This document shows positions 50,338 through 64,000 of a stretch of 64,000 nucleotides of DNA, piece by piece (position 1 is the first letter of the stretch; every line of letters begins with the position of its first letter). The position numbers were made by a program, and so were the translations under genes. Source of the stretch: Lingula anatina. Taxonomy: Eukaryota; Animalia; Brachiopoda. The notes beneath the pieces were generated by a model. The model made no database searches, had not been told where the DNA came from, and saw nothing but the letters and a program-made list of their open reading frames with translations. Where the stretch lies: positions 11,926,567 through 11,990,566 of the forward strand of contig CM120644.1 of the NCBI GenBank assembly GCA_051362555.1, read 5' to 3'.

Positions 50338-51722
50338 TTAGACTATATCCTGGTCTAAACCAAGTTTGTTTAAACTTTGTTCATAATGAAAGATGTTTTT
50401 ATAAACAATGTAAACAAACTCTACAACAAAATTTCAAGATCTGGTTTTCATTTGACAAAAGCACCCAAGCAGTTATCAAAGAAGTCAGCAGTTGCAAAAG
50501 TTTCAAACACAATTTATCATACATGAAGCTCTTGAGGATCTTTCCTCAAATATTCAGTTTCTCCATCAAAGCCAAAAATCATCAAATAATCTATGAAAGA
50601 CTTTAGTTAGAAAAGTCACATTAAATACACAAAATATTAAGAAAAGCCACCAGCTTATAAGTGAAAGACTTCAATTTGTCAAGTTTCAAAGAGATCTTAA
50701 TAAAAATTATGTAAATTTATCAAAGTTGTAAGTGACCCTTTTCAAAAGACACCAGTTGAAATGATCAATAGGAACTCTATCAGGATATTCAAAGAAATTA
50801 GAAAAAAAAAAAAAGAATAATTCACTGAACCAAGGCAAGTTTATACAGGAATGGCAATAGTTACATGTAGATATATGTATAAATGCAGCTGCCAACAGGT
50901 ACCATCAGCCTTCTGTGCTGATAGTCTTCAATCCATTCTACAGAAGTAAATCATCCACGTCATAATTATATATATATATATATATATAAAACAGTCCTTC
51001 CATAGGCCGAGTCTTCCTCAATCAATACAGAAAACACACCGTTAATTTTATAATATATGACAAAACCTTTTAAAGTTTCTGAGGGTTTTCCAGAACGGTT
51101 TTGTCCTTTACCAACTGCCTGTCCAAAGGCTCACTGATTTTCAAAGTTTAGCATACGACACAATTGCAGTTGTGCCAGCAATTATTTTTTCCAATTATAA
51201 AGGGACTGAAAACATAAAGTATGTGGTCCCACAAAAAAGTTATCAGCTAGGTAGTCACTGCTGCCAGAGGTAGTCTCCAGCCCCTTATAATAAGGCATAT
51301 GTTACAAGCATCCAATCCAATATGTTATTGCTAGAGTCTATCATCTTGCTTGAGGATCCCACATTGTGATTATGCCCATTCACATACCCATGAGTTCTTT
51401 TGGTCATATGTTCCACCTTAGACTAGTCTTTTGGGGGCAAAGGTGGCACATTTAGTTCCATGGTACACATGCAGCCAGTGTTACCAACTTTTAAACATTT
51501 CATTGTTGAAAAGATGCTGAAACATCTCTTCCAAAAACTTCTTGTTTCTGGACCACGTGATACTGTCACACCCAGGAATTTCATTGCCAGGGAGTTATCA
51601 CTGTGCAGAGCTGGTAATAGTTCTAGTGTCCAATAAGCTCTTCTTGCCAACAGCGCCACCTTTTTATGACATAATTACTTCCCACTGTGCTTTGCATTAT
51701 GTGGAGCACAGAACCAGTGGCG

Positions 51723-53993
51723 TTATTGTACATATGTGGCTGGAAAAATGCCCACTTGTCCATTGAGTTCACCCTGCCACCATCCATCATCTTGTTTGTG
51801 GTACACATTAATTGTGTCACCTTGAAAATAGAAATAAAACAGCATATATAAAGATTTTAAAATACTACAATGATTAAAAAAATTAATATGAATGAAAATA
51901 TTTAAGAAAAAAAGATATCAGTTATGAGAAGTTTATTGAGAACTTCTCCAAGATTAATTTGATTACAAGAACAGTAATGGTTAAATGTCCAGACACAGAA
52001 CCATTAAATGTACCATTAAAATGCCAATAGCCAATCATTTACCAGAGGGAAAATATATGAGATAAAAATGCCAGTTGTAACAGTTAAATGAGAATGTGTT
52101 CATATGAGTATTGTGAATACCAGTGTTTTAAGACATTTTCAAAACACAATTTCATGACACTTTGTCAATGGGCAAAATACAAAGTTAACATTAATGAAGT
52201 TGAAGTAAATATTCCTCTTGCTTTAGTTCAGCATCTTGTTTGAGGCATATTTTGTGTCACTACTGTAAATATGTACTGTAAATGCATGAGATTCTATTAT
52301 GTTAATGAGATTTTCTGTTATAAATAAATAGCTGAACTAATTTAAATAATAATTATAATAATTAACACACTACCTGGTCTAATGGTAAGCTCATCACTCA
52401 TGTTGGCTTGGTATTCATAGATAGCCTGACACGTGCATAACACTGTGGCATTGGTATTGTAATCATCAAATTCATCATCATCTACAACAAAAATATTCTG
52501 TTACAAACAACTGTCATTGGCAAAAATGAAATATCAACAAAAATAGCAAATACAAAAATTAATTTTTCACTATCATCTCCAGTGCATGAACAGCAAAGAA
52601 ATTAACTAATATTGTAGCCAGAATAAATATCAAATATTTGACATGTACAAAGTAAAGATATTCAAAAACATGTCAACCTGTTTGGAAACATGATACCTGA
52701 ATAATGATATGGTGTTTCTTGTTTTGAGCATATCTGCAAGAGCATAAGGCAAATCCATACTGTCTTGCTTTGTGGCTCCATCTAGGAATAAATCCCCAAA
52801 GTCACATTATTCACGAACAGCTATCAAAAACAACATGTTAAACTCACCAAAGTCTCCATAGGAATGTCTGTCATCATGGCCCCCGTCTGCAGACCCCCTG
52901 CCGTGACCCTGTAAGGAGAGGTCAAGGTCAGGTGCTCCCTCCATTGCTATCGAGGCTGGCAGCCGCAACACACTGCAGTTCTGACCCTAGAGATTAACAA
53001 ATGTACAAATTTACAAAGAATCAGGTGGATTCATCTGTACGGTAGCTGGTTTCATAGAGCCACTGTAAGATAACAGTTGTCACTGCAATGTTGTTCTCTA
53101 GTAAGTTACAACCTTAAAAATTGAATTACTGACCAGTCCAAGTAATCAGATATATCTGACTAGCTAAAACAGGCTTTGTGAATCCAGAAATTGGTGTGTG
53201 TGTGTGTGCGTTAGTTCCATCTTTTCTTTGTGCTCAGTTTTAACATATATATGCAAATTAGAACAAATGATGCGAGAAAAAAGCTCAGTTCTGACTTCTC
53301 GAATGTTTCTTTTCCCACAATTATCTATGCCAATATACTCATGCATATACATGCTCTTAAACATTCTGGGATAAAATACTCAACTTGGGTTTGCATTTTT
53401 GAATTTTACAAAAGTGAAAACAACATATTTGTTTTATGCAAATGCCGGCAAAGAAAATTCACAAGAACTCAAGATATACGTGACATCACTATCTTAACGT
53501 AAAAAAAGAAAAAAAATCATACACACTATAAAAGAAATTCAGTGAAAACAGAAAGCATATTTCACAAAATATTGCCATCTACAGATATTCTACCATGTGT
53601 CTCTCTCTCTCTTATTTTTATTTTATTTTATTTTTTTTACATTTTAAGCAGGTCTGTGAAAGATGCTCTCAACAGAACAACAATAATTATTTCAATAACA
53701 TTATAACACTCAAGTTGAAATCACAGTTTCACTTGAATAAACCTGAGAAATGTGACAACATAAAAGTTAATATAATTTGCAGAGGTTATTTTACTCGCCA
53801 TTAATTTAGTAGTATGAGCCATCCACTGGGTAAAAGCATGAGTTAACAATGTTCCCTTGAAATACATCACATATATATACATGTACAAGTATATTCATGA
53901 TAGTAAAGACCAAATGAACATGAAAGCTGATATAATATTAATCAGTTACTTTCTTTTGTTCTTCTTCATATTCTCCTTCTTATTTATTTATTC

Positions 53994-54027
<34 letters not shown>

Positions 54028-55084
54028 GAGGAGGGGGGGGGGGGGTCACTAGGGGGTGGTGGAAGGAAGGTTATATTTTTTACTTAGGCATTCCAAGGAA
54101 ATAATTTAAAAAATATAACACACTAGTGTGAGGGGGGAAAGAAAAGCTTTGGTGGGAGCATACTACTAAAAACCAAGGTAATACGTAATATTCACTGCAA
54201 CCTACCACTGACTTAAATAAAGAAAAAAAAATGTAAGAAATAATTTTTAGAAATCAATGAAAAATACAATGCTCTCACGGCCTTTGTTAACACTTACAAG
54301 TGGTCTTTTTCGCAAGGTAAGCTTTTTTGACTTCAGGAAAATGAAACCATGACAAACATTTAATTAATAGTGAGAAAAAATCTAGTTAAGTATTTCAAAT
54401 GGGTAAAAATAAAACACCTGTCATTTGCTTATATTAAGACAAATAAAATAAATAACTTGTTAGCAATGATAAGCATAATGTATGTGGTTGGTCTCCATTT
54501 AGTTGTAACAAGTAATTTAGCTTTGTGAAAAAAAAATAATAAAAAATGCTCATGTTAAAAGAAGCCTGCCAATATGCAACACATTCTCTACATCACTTTT
54601 ATTTTTGTTATGAATTTTTCAATGCTCAAAATGACAATTAGCAAACTTCTTTACATTACTGACAGCTTTCATTCCAAAAACTATAATTTGATAAAATGGT
54701 TGCTATGTATATACGTACATTGTACAAGTCTAGCCCAATACACAAGCAGCAACAAGCAGCATAAACATCCTGACCAGGTTATAAATACATAATATATATA
54801 ACTAACACCAAAATCACCAACATAAACCATAGACTCACATACATGTAATTTGTGACCATGGCCATGGCCATTCTGAAAGAAACAGGATTTAAATCATAGA
54901 CAGAACATATGACAAGTGCAACCTGCATTCAGTATTTTAACACTTCTTAAAAGATATAACCAAATCTTTTTTAAATATTTGGGGTCTTATTATGAGCCCA
55001 TTATCAGAAAGGCAACTTAGCCCTACCTGGACCCAGATTCATGCCAGGTCCAAAAGATTGTGACACATATTTTGTATGTGGTAT

Positions 55085-55115
<31 letters not shown>

Positions 55116-57599
55116 CAGCATCAGATGTAACCGAGAACAATAGGGACATGCTGATAAGACAGAGGAGTTTCTAGTGACCCATAAAACCAAGGGTTTGTAT
55201 GCCAATCTCATGCAGGCATTTTAATACCAAAAGTCATATTAAAAATAAAAGTCAACACATGCCATGAGGCGCGTGCCATAAAGCACATACTTGATATGCA
55301 ACAAACCACACGGCTCCTGCAAAAAGTCATGTGACCATGTGATGTCACATGACAAACTTTTAGTATATAATATTGCACACAACTGTTAAACTATTCATAA
55401 ATGCAAGATTCATGCAGCAAGTCTGGAGGCTGGCAATGCATATATGTCTTTGTACGGATATGTATGAGCTAAAGAGACCAGGGATCACAGGGTCCACAAG
55501 AAAAATCTCCCATGTCTTAACAAATAAGGCATCTATAGCCAAAACAGAGAAGTTGGAAGAAAAAAGGAGGTCTACATGTGACATCATGCCAGTTACGGCC
55601 CATGCTAACAACTCTAAGTGCTCCTACCAGGGTGTCCGAGAGAAGTTTGCGGAGAAAATGAGGAAACATGTGACGGCCATGTGGCGCCATCTGCACCTCC
55701 TGCAGAGACTAAGACGTGACAATAGAAAATGGTCATCAATTCTTGAGGAAGAGACAAGATATACTGGCACAGGATATAAGCCAAAAGTTCTGGTTACTTT
55801 CACACAACTAGGTGCAAGTAATATCATATAATATCATGTACTGAGACGTAATGTTTGCACTTGTGAGTTCTTTGCTTAAAACAGTTTAGTTCAAAAAATG
55901 TCAGCAGATGTCACCACTAAACATGAGAATAGATGTCAGAACTTAAATTCAAAGCATAGCTGTCTGTTTGAGGATTCAGAGATCTCCATGTAGTTTTGTG
56001 TATTTTGAGATCAATTTGGCTAGTTGGTGACAGGTGATTAAAAACATGTGTCTCTAATTTAGAACCAAATTTTTTCTTAACTTGTTTGAACAAACAGATA
56101 ACATCTCAGTCAAGCTCAGGTGCGAAACACTAATCAGCATAATTTAAGGATTGGTTATATCAAAATACTCACTTATCTGTTACCAGTGTAGACCAAACCT
56201 GTGTCCCTTTCTAATTTTTTTAAAACTAATTGTCTACCTCTTTGGTAGATTTATTTCAAGATTCTTTAAGGCATAATCCTACATTTTTCCTTTGTTTTTG
56301 CTGGTTCAATATACTAATTAAAAGTATGATCTGGCTAAGGTTTTCAACTTAGCAGGATAAAGACAATCTGTTGGGCATAACTATACATATTAAATATCTA
56401 CTTGTAAGTGTCCTTACCTGTTTGTCTTTGACTTGTTCAATGTATGGAGCAAACCTGTGATCAGGCTTTGGTTTCCCATTGAGCTGTGCTAAGGCACAGG
56501 ACACCTTGTAATAACTGGCTTCCAGGAAGTTCAGGGTAGCACTCACCTGGAAATCGACCAAGTTCCATGTACTTATCAAAGTTACAGAAGTGTTTAACTC
56601 ATTCCTGTTATTCTCTGCAGGATATACTATAATTCGATTAAAATTCATTATGCATCCAATTACAATTTGTTTAAAAGATAAAAAAAAAGAAATAAAAAAT
56701 ATTATAAATTTAAACTGTGAGTCTGACCGAAGGCGTGTTTCCAGTTAAAATGGGCTGACCTAAGATTGTACAGCATATATAGTGTTTAAGTGTAATTTTG
56801 GAATTTAATTTATTAAATGGTGAAATTCAATTAAAAAGACTTCTTATTGTAATTAACATTTATCATGAAATTTGTTAAAACATTCTACATTCCACAATGT
56901 GTCATCTGAAACACTCTTTGTTTATATAAGTACAATCAGTTCCTGGCCATTCTTACGTTCTTTAATTTTCTTTTAGCATCATCAAGTGCTCCCTGATCGG
57001 CAAAGTTGGGCGTATTTTTGTACACATCTAATAACTTCTCTACCCCTGAAATATGTGAATTACATGCCATATCAATTTTAGGAACATCACTATATATGAA
57101 ACAATATATAAATAATATTAACAGTTAAGTTCAAATAAAAATCATCAAATATTGGTATAACATTATAATTCATCTGTTATAATCAATCAAAATGTATGAA
57201 TATTGTAAAAATACTATAAAGTCGTCTTTGAGCAAGATGTCACTATATAATTTTGCAAATGTGAAAAGCTTTTAACCTTATAAAGCATCAACATCTATTC
57301 AAAATTTACCTTCTCTTCCTTTTTTCTCTCGTTCTACATCTTGTTGTAAATATAATAAGTAGTTGGTTAAAGCCTTCCGTCTTCTCTCTGGGTTCATAGT
57401 ATTGTTAAAATCTTCTGCCTGTTCATGGGCAAATGAAACAAAATTACAAATTAAAAGCAGGTGGTGACCAACAACAAATGTATCGGCATCTTTCTTCCTC
57501 AGTCACTACATTCTACTTACATGCTCTTTTGCCCTTCTCTTTCTCTCTCCCTTTTCTTGTACCTCCCTTCTCTGCCTACTTATCTCTCTCCCCCTATTC

Positions 57600-57652
<53 letters not shown>

Positions 57653-57741
57653 CCCCTTCTCCTCCCCCTCTCTCACCCCCACCTCTCTCCCCTCCTCTCT
57701 TCTCTCCTTCCCCTCTGTCTCCCTCCCTCCCTCCCTCTCTC

Positions 57742-57789
<48 letters not shown>

Positions 57790-59401
57790 CTCACATAGCT
57801 TTCAAATAACAGCTGTTCAGGCTGGTGTGGTCCTGTCCCCTTCTGGTCAACCACTGTGGCAAGGTCTCTCTGGACATCCACCACCAACACAGCTTCACGG
57901 AGACGATCACAAATCTGGAAAAATAAAGGAGACATATGTGGGGCAATGAGTGACAAATAAATAAATAAATTTAATAACATAAATTAATCAAATAAATGAA
58001 GCTAATAAAAATAATAATGAAAGAAATCTAACAGCTCAGAGACCCACAAGCAATTACTCCGATTGGCTTTTAATGTCAAAACAAGTTTAGTTCATAATAA
58101 GCAGAACAATTAATTTCAAGATACATCTGTAGCTGTATCGGTATCTGTTGCTGTTTTCCACTAATAGTTAAGTACTCAATGTTTAGCACAATGTATGAAC
58201 AACTGGTACACTACTTACTTGTATTAATTTGGGCCCTATTTCAGCTAAGCTATTCTGATATTTTTGTAAATATTCTAACATTTGTGATATCCTTTCCTCT
58301 TCTAATTTCTGCATCTGCGAACTGCCCTGTAGAATGTAAATTAAAATATTCAAAATTAATAGAACATATTTTTTTTTTCAGATCAGTAGTTACAGTTGCC
58401 ATATGGAAAGATACTGTATTAGCAACACAGAATGGTGTGCTGCACTAAGTGAAAAGGGTCATAGTCATCAACAGATTCATAATTTTTTCATGGGTAACAG
58501 TCCATATTCATCTCATGGAAAGCAATCCCATGTGTACAAATTAACATGCTGGTATATAGAACTTACATTATAAACCTCTGCCTCCCACTCTTGTCTCGCC
58601 ACCTCTGCTTTCTGGAAAGACTCGTGGTACTCAGTGTCTGCCTTAGCTAGTGATGTGGAGGCACTCCTACATTTCTTCTCCAGCTAAAACAGCGAGAAAC
58701 AGCAGGGAGTTGAAGGTTTGAGTTTGCTGATTAGTTCGAAAGTTGAAACAATATGAAAAATTGTGTTTGGTCAAAATGATTAACATGGTCAAAAAAAGTA
58801 AAGAAGTATCATACATATATATGCGTGCATATACATATATACAAATTCTGAAAGAAGACAAAGTTTTTGACAAAGAAGCAGGATCTGTGCTGTAAATCTA
58901 ACTATTACTCAACTGTAGTCCTGTATGTAATACTGACCTTTGTTATATCTTTGTCTGACATTTGCTTGCTTTTCCCAGCCTTGGCGTCCTGTAACTGTTC
59001 ACTGAGTTTTTCTGTCTCTTTACAGCAGGAGAAGGCATGCTTTCGCATCTAGGAATACATATACAATAAAATCAAAATGTTTACATATCTGAAAAAGGAG
59101 TGTACATATAAAAATGTTGCAGAATTTATTGTTGAAAATAAATGGTTGTTAACAAATGTAAAATATCAAACTTGCATTATAGCAAGTTATATCTATTGAT
59201 GGCTATATTATCGCTATTATCACTACTGATACAGCATATATAATACACACAACAATGATGATAATGGATCTACTTCTACCTTTTGCTCCTCTTCTCTCCT
59301 GTTCAGCAGTCCTTTAGCTGCCTTATCTACCATGTTTTCAATCTGCAATTGAGAAAAGTATGGATTTATCCACTTTGCATAATATATATATATATATGTA
59401 A

Positions 59402-59461
<60 letters not shown>

Positions 59462-60722
59462 AAGAGAGAGAGATGTCAAGCTACCCCATACTTACAGGTT
59501 TTCTTATCTTATACTGTGTTTCTGACAGAACTTTCAAAGGTTTGTAGATATCTTCTTGAAAAGATGTGGCTAAACCCCTACAAAAATGGATAAATATATT
59601 TCTGAAAATCATTTAGTTTTTGCCCATCATAACACTACATTTTAAAAACAAGATCAAAATCCCTCATATCCTGGCTTAATATTCTCTGCTATCAAAATCC
59701 AAAATGTTTTTAGATTCCCCTGAGCTTCAGATCTGATGCAAGTTAGCTCCATTTAATGATTTTTTTTAGCTTTTTATCAAAACTAAAAGCTAGCATAGGG
59801 AGTCTCCCATTTATGCCACACTAAATCACATGATCATCAAAACTAGCGATTTATTCTTTTGTAAAATACATGAGCATTATTATAAAATACAAATTTATTG
59901 GTTGCATGGGATACATTAGTTTCTAATCTACTGTATTTGGGAAATTTGAAAAAAAAAATGCTGTAACTAGCACACATTGGAGACAGAGACAACCTACCTG
60001 TGTAACTCCGCCTCGCTCTCCATCTCGGAGGCTGCTGTTCCCCAGGCTGAGACCATAGTGCTGGAAATAATTATATCGAATATAAAGAGAGGATCAAGAT
60101 ACAGATATCAATTTCTAGTAACTACTAATACATGAAAATAACTGTGACTGGTAAAAATTTAAGTAGGTATCTGGAGGCTCATGCCAATATTGTCATTAAG
60201 TTCACTGATCTTTAAAGAAACTAATGTTTTTGCCTTTTCTGTTTTCTTCCATCACTTGTCATTGCTGTAACAGTTATTCAAGATATCCACCCCCTACCTT
60301 CCAAAAAAGACTTAACACTTTGAAGGCATTCAATCTTCATAGACATAATGTCTTACTTCAAAAAAGTGACAGCAATTAATTGGGTAACCTCTATTTTCAT
60401 AGATTATCATAGATTGTCTTTAACAAATTCAAATAAAGAAGAAAAAGAAGCTGAAGTGACCCCCCACATATTCCTTATGAGGAGTGTCTACAGAGGTCAT
60501 TTAGTCCATACAAATTACAAGGGGCTAATATCTGGGTACATATGGTCAGCCCATTTCTTATCTTGTCAAGTTGTGGCCAGTAAAGTACACACCCTACCCC
60601 TCACTGTTATTTAACAAACCCAACAATTTTGGGCTAAGTTTTGCATAAAAATTTTTGTTTAGGTCATGGAGTTCAAAAATTCAGTCAAAAAGATGGTAGA
60701 GAAAGAGAGAGAGAGAAGAAGA

Positions 60723-60778
<56 letters not shown>

Positions 60779-62714
60779 TCTTTTCTTGTGATTATTACTT
60801 TTTTAATATGTAGAAAACTTCAGTTGAATAAAATTTGAAGAGAGAGAAACCACATTCTTTGCTTATGATCATTACAGTTTTACTTTTACTTTTCTTATTT
60901 GTGGCTTAAGAAACTCTTGAAAACCAAAAATAGTGTGAAAACCTTTTACTCTACTGTAATCAGATCTTATATCTCTGCCTGTCAGCCATGAATTTTTTTT
61001 AATTTGAAAATTGCCAACAGCACTGAAAAGAAACACAAATACAAGTGGTCTGATAACACAATGGGTCGATAAATTGTCTATTTCTATACTTTGTTCTATT
61101 TTTGGCACATTACTCAATAAATAATTAAAGGGATAATAACTCTTCGTTTCGGCCAAAAAATGAATTTTCCTGGAGTAAACAACAATTTTCCCATACTTAC
61201 CAATGGTTAATGAATCCATTTTTACATTCAAAGTTAGTCCCTGTTTTTTTTCTAAAAAGTTTGGTTTTTTGTTAAAATCTCTTAAGAGATTTTAACAGAG
61301 TATAGCCATCAATGGAGGTCACGTGGTCTAAAGACAAGCTCAGATATCAGAAAAAATAGCTATAACTGCCTTTTTTGTGGTAAAACAGAATATATTATAT
61401 TTCTATGAGTTATTCACAATGTTTTTATTGTGAAATATAGATCTCATACGAAGAGTTATTATCCCTTTAAAAACCATTATTCTGCTGATGTACCTGATGT
61501 AATACAAAAGCATGTATTCATGAAACACTGGTAGCAAATGTGAAAGTACAAAATTATTTCCTGGTGTGTCATTTTTATACAAACCCTCATTGTGAAAAAG
61601 GAAACTAAACACCACTCAACGCTTACACAAACATGACAGTTAACTAAATACTAGACCTACAAACAACAGCAGGTGGTTTAAAAATAAGCAAATAATCTGT
61701 CCTACTTAGAGGACAATGGTGTTGGAAGACCTGACTGAGGTCATCAAAATGTGGAGTCATCAAGTGACAATGGGTCTGTTTCACCCTGGCTTTTTGTCCT
61801 CCTCATCATCAAAAATAGTAGCCGATTCCTTAACTCACCAAGTGATAACATATCTGTTAGGTCAATAACTGGGTATTTTAGCCTCATTAAAAATTTTAAA
61901 CTCTATCAATGAAAAAGCTTAGCTAAAAATTGCATAACATTTTATATTTTCTTCTGATAAATCAGTTTGTATTAGTTTAGTTTGTATTATATTAAATTAT
62001 TCATCATCTGGCAAAAATTTATTCTGATAAAGTGAGTCCCTTTGGTAACTGTTAAGTACTACTCACAGTATGAATAATGACGTCATGGCAATATGACACC
62101 TGTATCGTGACACATGCTAAACCAAGAATTTGACTAATTTTTAACAAGGAGAATTAGGCACTGAACCAGCAATTACAAAGATGAGAGGGGAGGGGTCTTT
62201 TTCTGAATAAGTGGACCTTTTTATCCCCTTAGTTGACTGAACTTGGGATAACCCCCCCCCCCCCCCTTCTGAAAAACTTAATAGTGAGGGAAAAGAGAAA
62301 TGTCTTTAAATGATGGACATAGCTTACAACTTCTGTGGCCAGAACATCAGTAAAAATATCTAGTCGAATTTTCATTTACGCATATATGCTATACTATTCT
62401 GGGTCATCCTAACTTAGGCACTACAACTATTAATTATTCTAACAACACTAATTTTGCCATTGAATAGGATGGATATGCTTATTTCAAATAAATTGCATCT
62501 GACCTCCAAGATGTTAAGATCAATGAGGCTGTCGACCTTCAGCATTTAATTTATATGCAGATCAATATTATGATCTATGAATAAATCATGCCATTATTAG
62601 GCTGGTATAAGAGATAAATGTAGTACCAATTTATATGGCAAAATAATATGGGCCCTCTCTAGCCCTGTCTCTCTTGCTCTCTCCCATTTTCTTGTCCTAC
62701 CTTGCCTACCCCAG

Positions 62715-62746
<32 letters not shown>

Positions 62747-63478
62747 CAGACAGGCATGTCATGGATTCCTGTATCAAGGTATGCTATATTTATGCACAGG
62801 CATAGGTGTACCATTCCACCTCCACCAACATCCTCAATTATTTCAAACAAGGGCTTATGCAGCAGTTAACAGCACTCACTAGAGTCCTTGCATAGGATTT
62901 ATTAACACTTGATTTACTATAGAGGGGTGACAGTGATACTTGTGTACAGCTTAATTAACAGTTGAGTCTGGTACATCACTAGTATGGCTATATAGCCTAC
63001 TGTGGTTATCCATTAATTTAAGAGACAGGGACTCCAGTAAATGAGAGTTTTTCAATATCTCATTAGATTTTCTGCTTAGGTAAACACTGCTTTAACAAAT
63101 AAGTCAAAGTCACTTTGTGAAAAACAATGAACTGTTATCAATTTATTCTTTCACTTTGCTTTAGATTTTAATTATTTAGGGGGCATAAGATGGGTCTTTA
63201 CATTAGAAATGTCTTAGAAAGTTTGCTGGTAATAGCTTTGGAAATGTAGGTGACAGATGACAGGTGACAGATGACAAGTGACCTGTCTGGCAGACACTTA
63301 CCCTATACAACAGGCACATGCCTTGGTAAGTTTGTTACTCAGTTTGCTAAGAGACTTGGCATAGCTACTCTCTAGCTCAGCTCTGAAAGAGAGAAAAGAT
63401 TTATAAAACACTTTAGATTGGTCATGAATTCTTGATCATGGTAAAAGATGTGTTCCTGCATGTAATTGTGTGCTCAAG

Positions 63479-63568
<90 letters not shown>

Positions 63569-63845
63569 AGCACATGCTTGTGCATCCATGATCTTAAAAG
63601 CCTGCAATCATATCTATGCAAGTATGCTTTTGCTTATAACTGCTGGACATTAACAATCTATCTGTCTGTTACAATTTGCCTTCTGTTAGTCTGTCTGTCA
63701 GTCAGTCAATTTCTCATCTCTCCCTCTCTCTCATGGGACTTCATTCCAAGATGTCTTACCTCTCCTGTACAATGGCTGCCACCTCTCGACTAAACTCATT
63801 GCCTTGTTTGATGTGTTTCCTAAGTTCTTCAAAGCCATTCAGACC
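51723..63845 (-). CDS. NOSTRIN: NOSTRIN-like F-BAR/HR1/SH3 protein, 15 coding exons (500 aa) in the window; start codon lies beyond the right edge
   Basis: Exons 63845-63760, 63382-63302, 60060-59998, 59577-59496, 59342-59280, 59048-58938, 58683-58567, 58326-58219, 57914-57795, 57418-57310, 57045-56957, 56546-56418, 52986-52848, 52481-52374 and 51820-51723. All are GT-AG with consistent phases (1503 nt). F-BAR: GFEELRKHIKQGNEFSREVAAIVQERAELESSYAKSLSKL and QKLEEERI. HR1-like: REGVEKLLDVYKNTPNF. LEASYYKVSCALAQLNGKPKPDH resembles NOSTRIN as I recall it. SH3: CQAIYEY..DELTIRPGD..DDGWWQGELNGQVGIFPATYVQ*. Confidence 0.92.
55412..55831 (+). CDS. Candidate nested antisense small ORF (139 aa from the first ATG) in a NOSTRIN-like intron; unknown product
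   Basis: Longest non-repetitive unexplained ORF in the window. It is locally more GC-rich than the intron and has TATATAA at 55364. No recognisable family. Confidence 0.3.
   Translation: MQQVWRLAMHICLCTDMYELKRPGITGSTRKISHVLTNKASIAKTEKLEEKRRSTCDIMPVTAHANNSKCSYQGVREKFAEKMRKHVTAMWRHLHLLQRLRRDNRKWSSILEEETRYTGTGYKPKVLVTFTQLGASNII
57520..57784. repeat. Long (CT)n/polypyrimidine tract
   Basis: Direct reading. It produces the spurious SLSLSL/RERERE ORFs. Confidence 0.95.
59385..59472. repeat. Compound microsatellite (TA)n-(GT)n(GA)n
   Basis: Direct reading. Confidence 0.95.
60697..60773. repeat. (GA)n microsatellite
   Basis: Direct reading. Confidence 0.95.
63484..63564. repeat. Compound microsatellite (CT)n(GT)n
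   Basis: Direct reading. Confidence 0.95.
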
Positions 63846-64000
63846 CTAAAATGATAAATCAAAATAGCTTTGTTAGAAAATTCTCTTTTTTCTATTGTGA
63901 CAAAAAGCCAAATGATCCCCAATACATATTTTACTGTACTAGTACTATCAAAATAAACTATAAATAATTCAAATTCTGTTTAAGTTCAATCATTCAAAAA

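Noticed and set aside
52697-52781. Possible extra NOSTRIN-like exon
   Set aside because: AG and GT sites exist, but the length gives phase 1 to 2 and breaks the frame. The flanking exons join correctly without it.
57433-57980. Long SLSLSL/RERERE ORFs
   Set aside because: They are products of the CT microsatellite. Only 57795-57914 (-) is a real exon.
61700-61835. Possible alternative exon in the large NOSTRIN-like intron
   Set aside because: The minus-strand frames I checked close quickly, and exons 63302 and 60060 already join in frame.

Overview
This is AT-rich, intron-rich animal DNA, probably a marine lophotrochozoan such as a mollusc (inferred from gene content and repeats). The ORF track is mostly noise, so I rebuilt the genes by hand from splice sites. 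Five genes are present. (1) The last two exons of a fibrinogen-related-domain gene (+, 431-1500). (2) An intronless-CDS class A GPCR of the allatostatin-A/galanin type (-, 10588-11706). (3) A GPI-anchored three-finger (Ly6/uPAR, quiver-like) gene (+, 27834-39522). (4) A complete 5-exon patched-related/PTCHD3-like gene (-, 41675-46633, 947 aa). (5) Fifteen exons of a NOSTRIN-like F-BAR/HR1/SH3 gene (-, 51723 to beyond 63845). The standout is the Ly6 gene. One signal-peptide exon and one exon encoding Cys1-5 are followed by four intact, tandemly duplicated phase-1 terminal exons. Each encodes Cys6-10 plus its own GPI signal and has its own downstream AATAAA. This predicts four mutually exclusive three-finger isoforms that swap half the domain at the tip of finger II. 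Intergenic DNA carries many palindromic MITEs, including about 10 copies of a PIF/Harbinger-like family, some nested, plus mini- and microsatellites.
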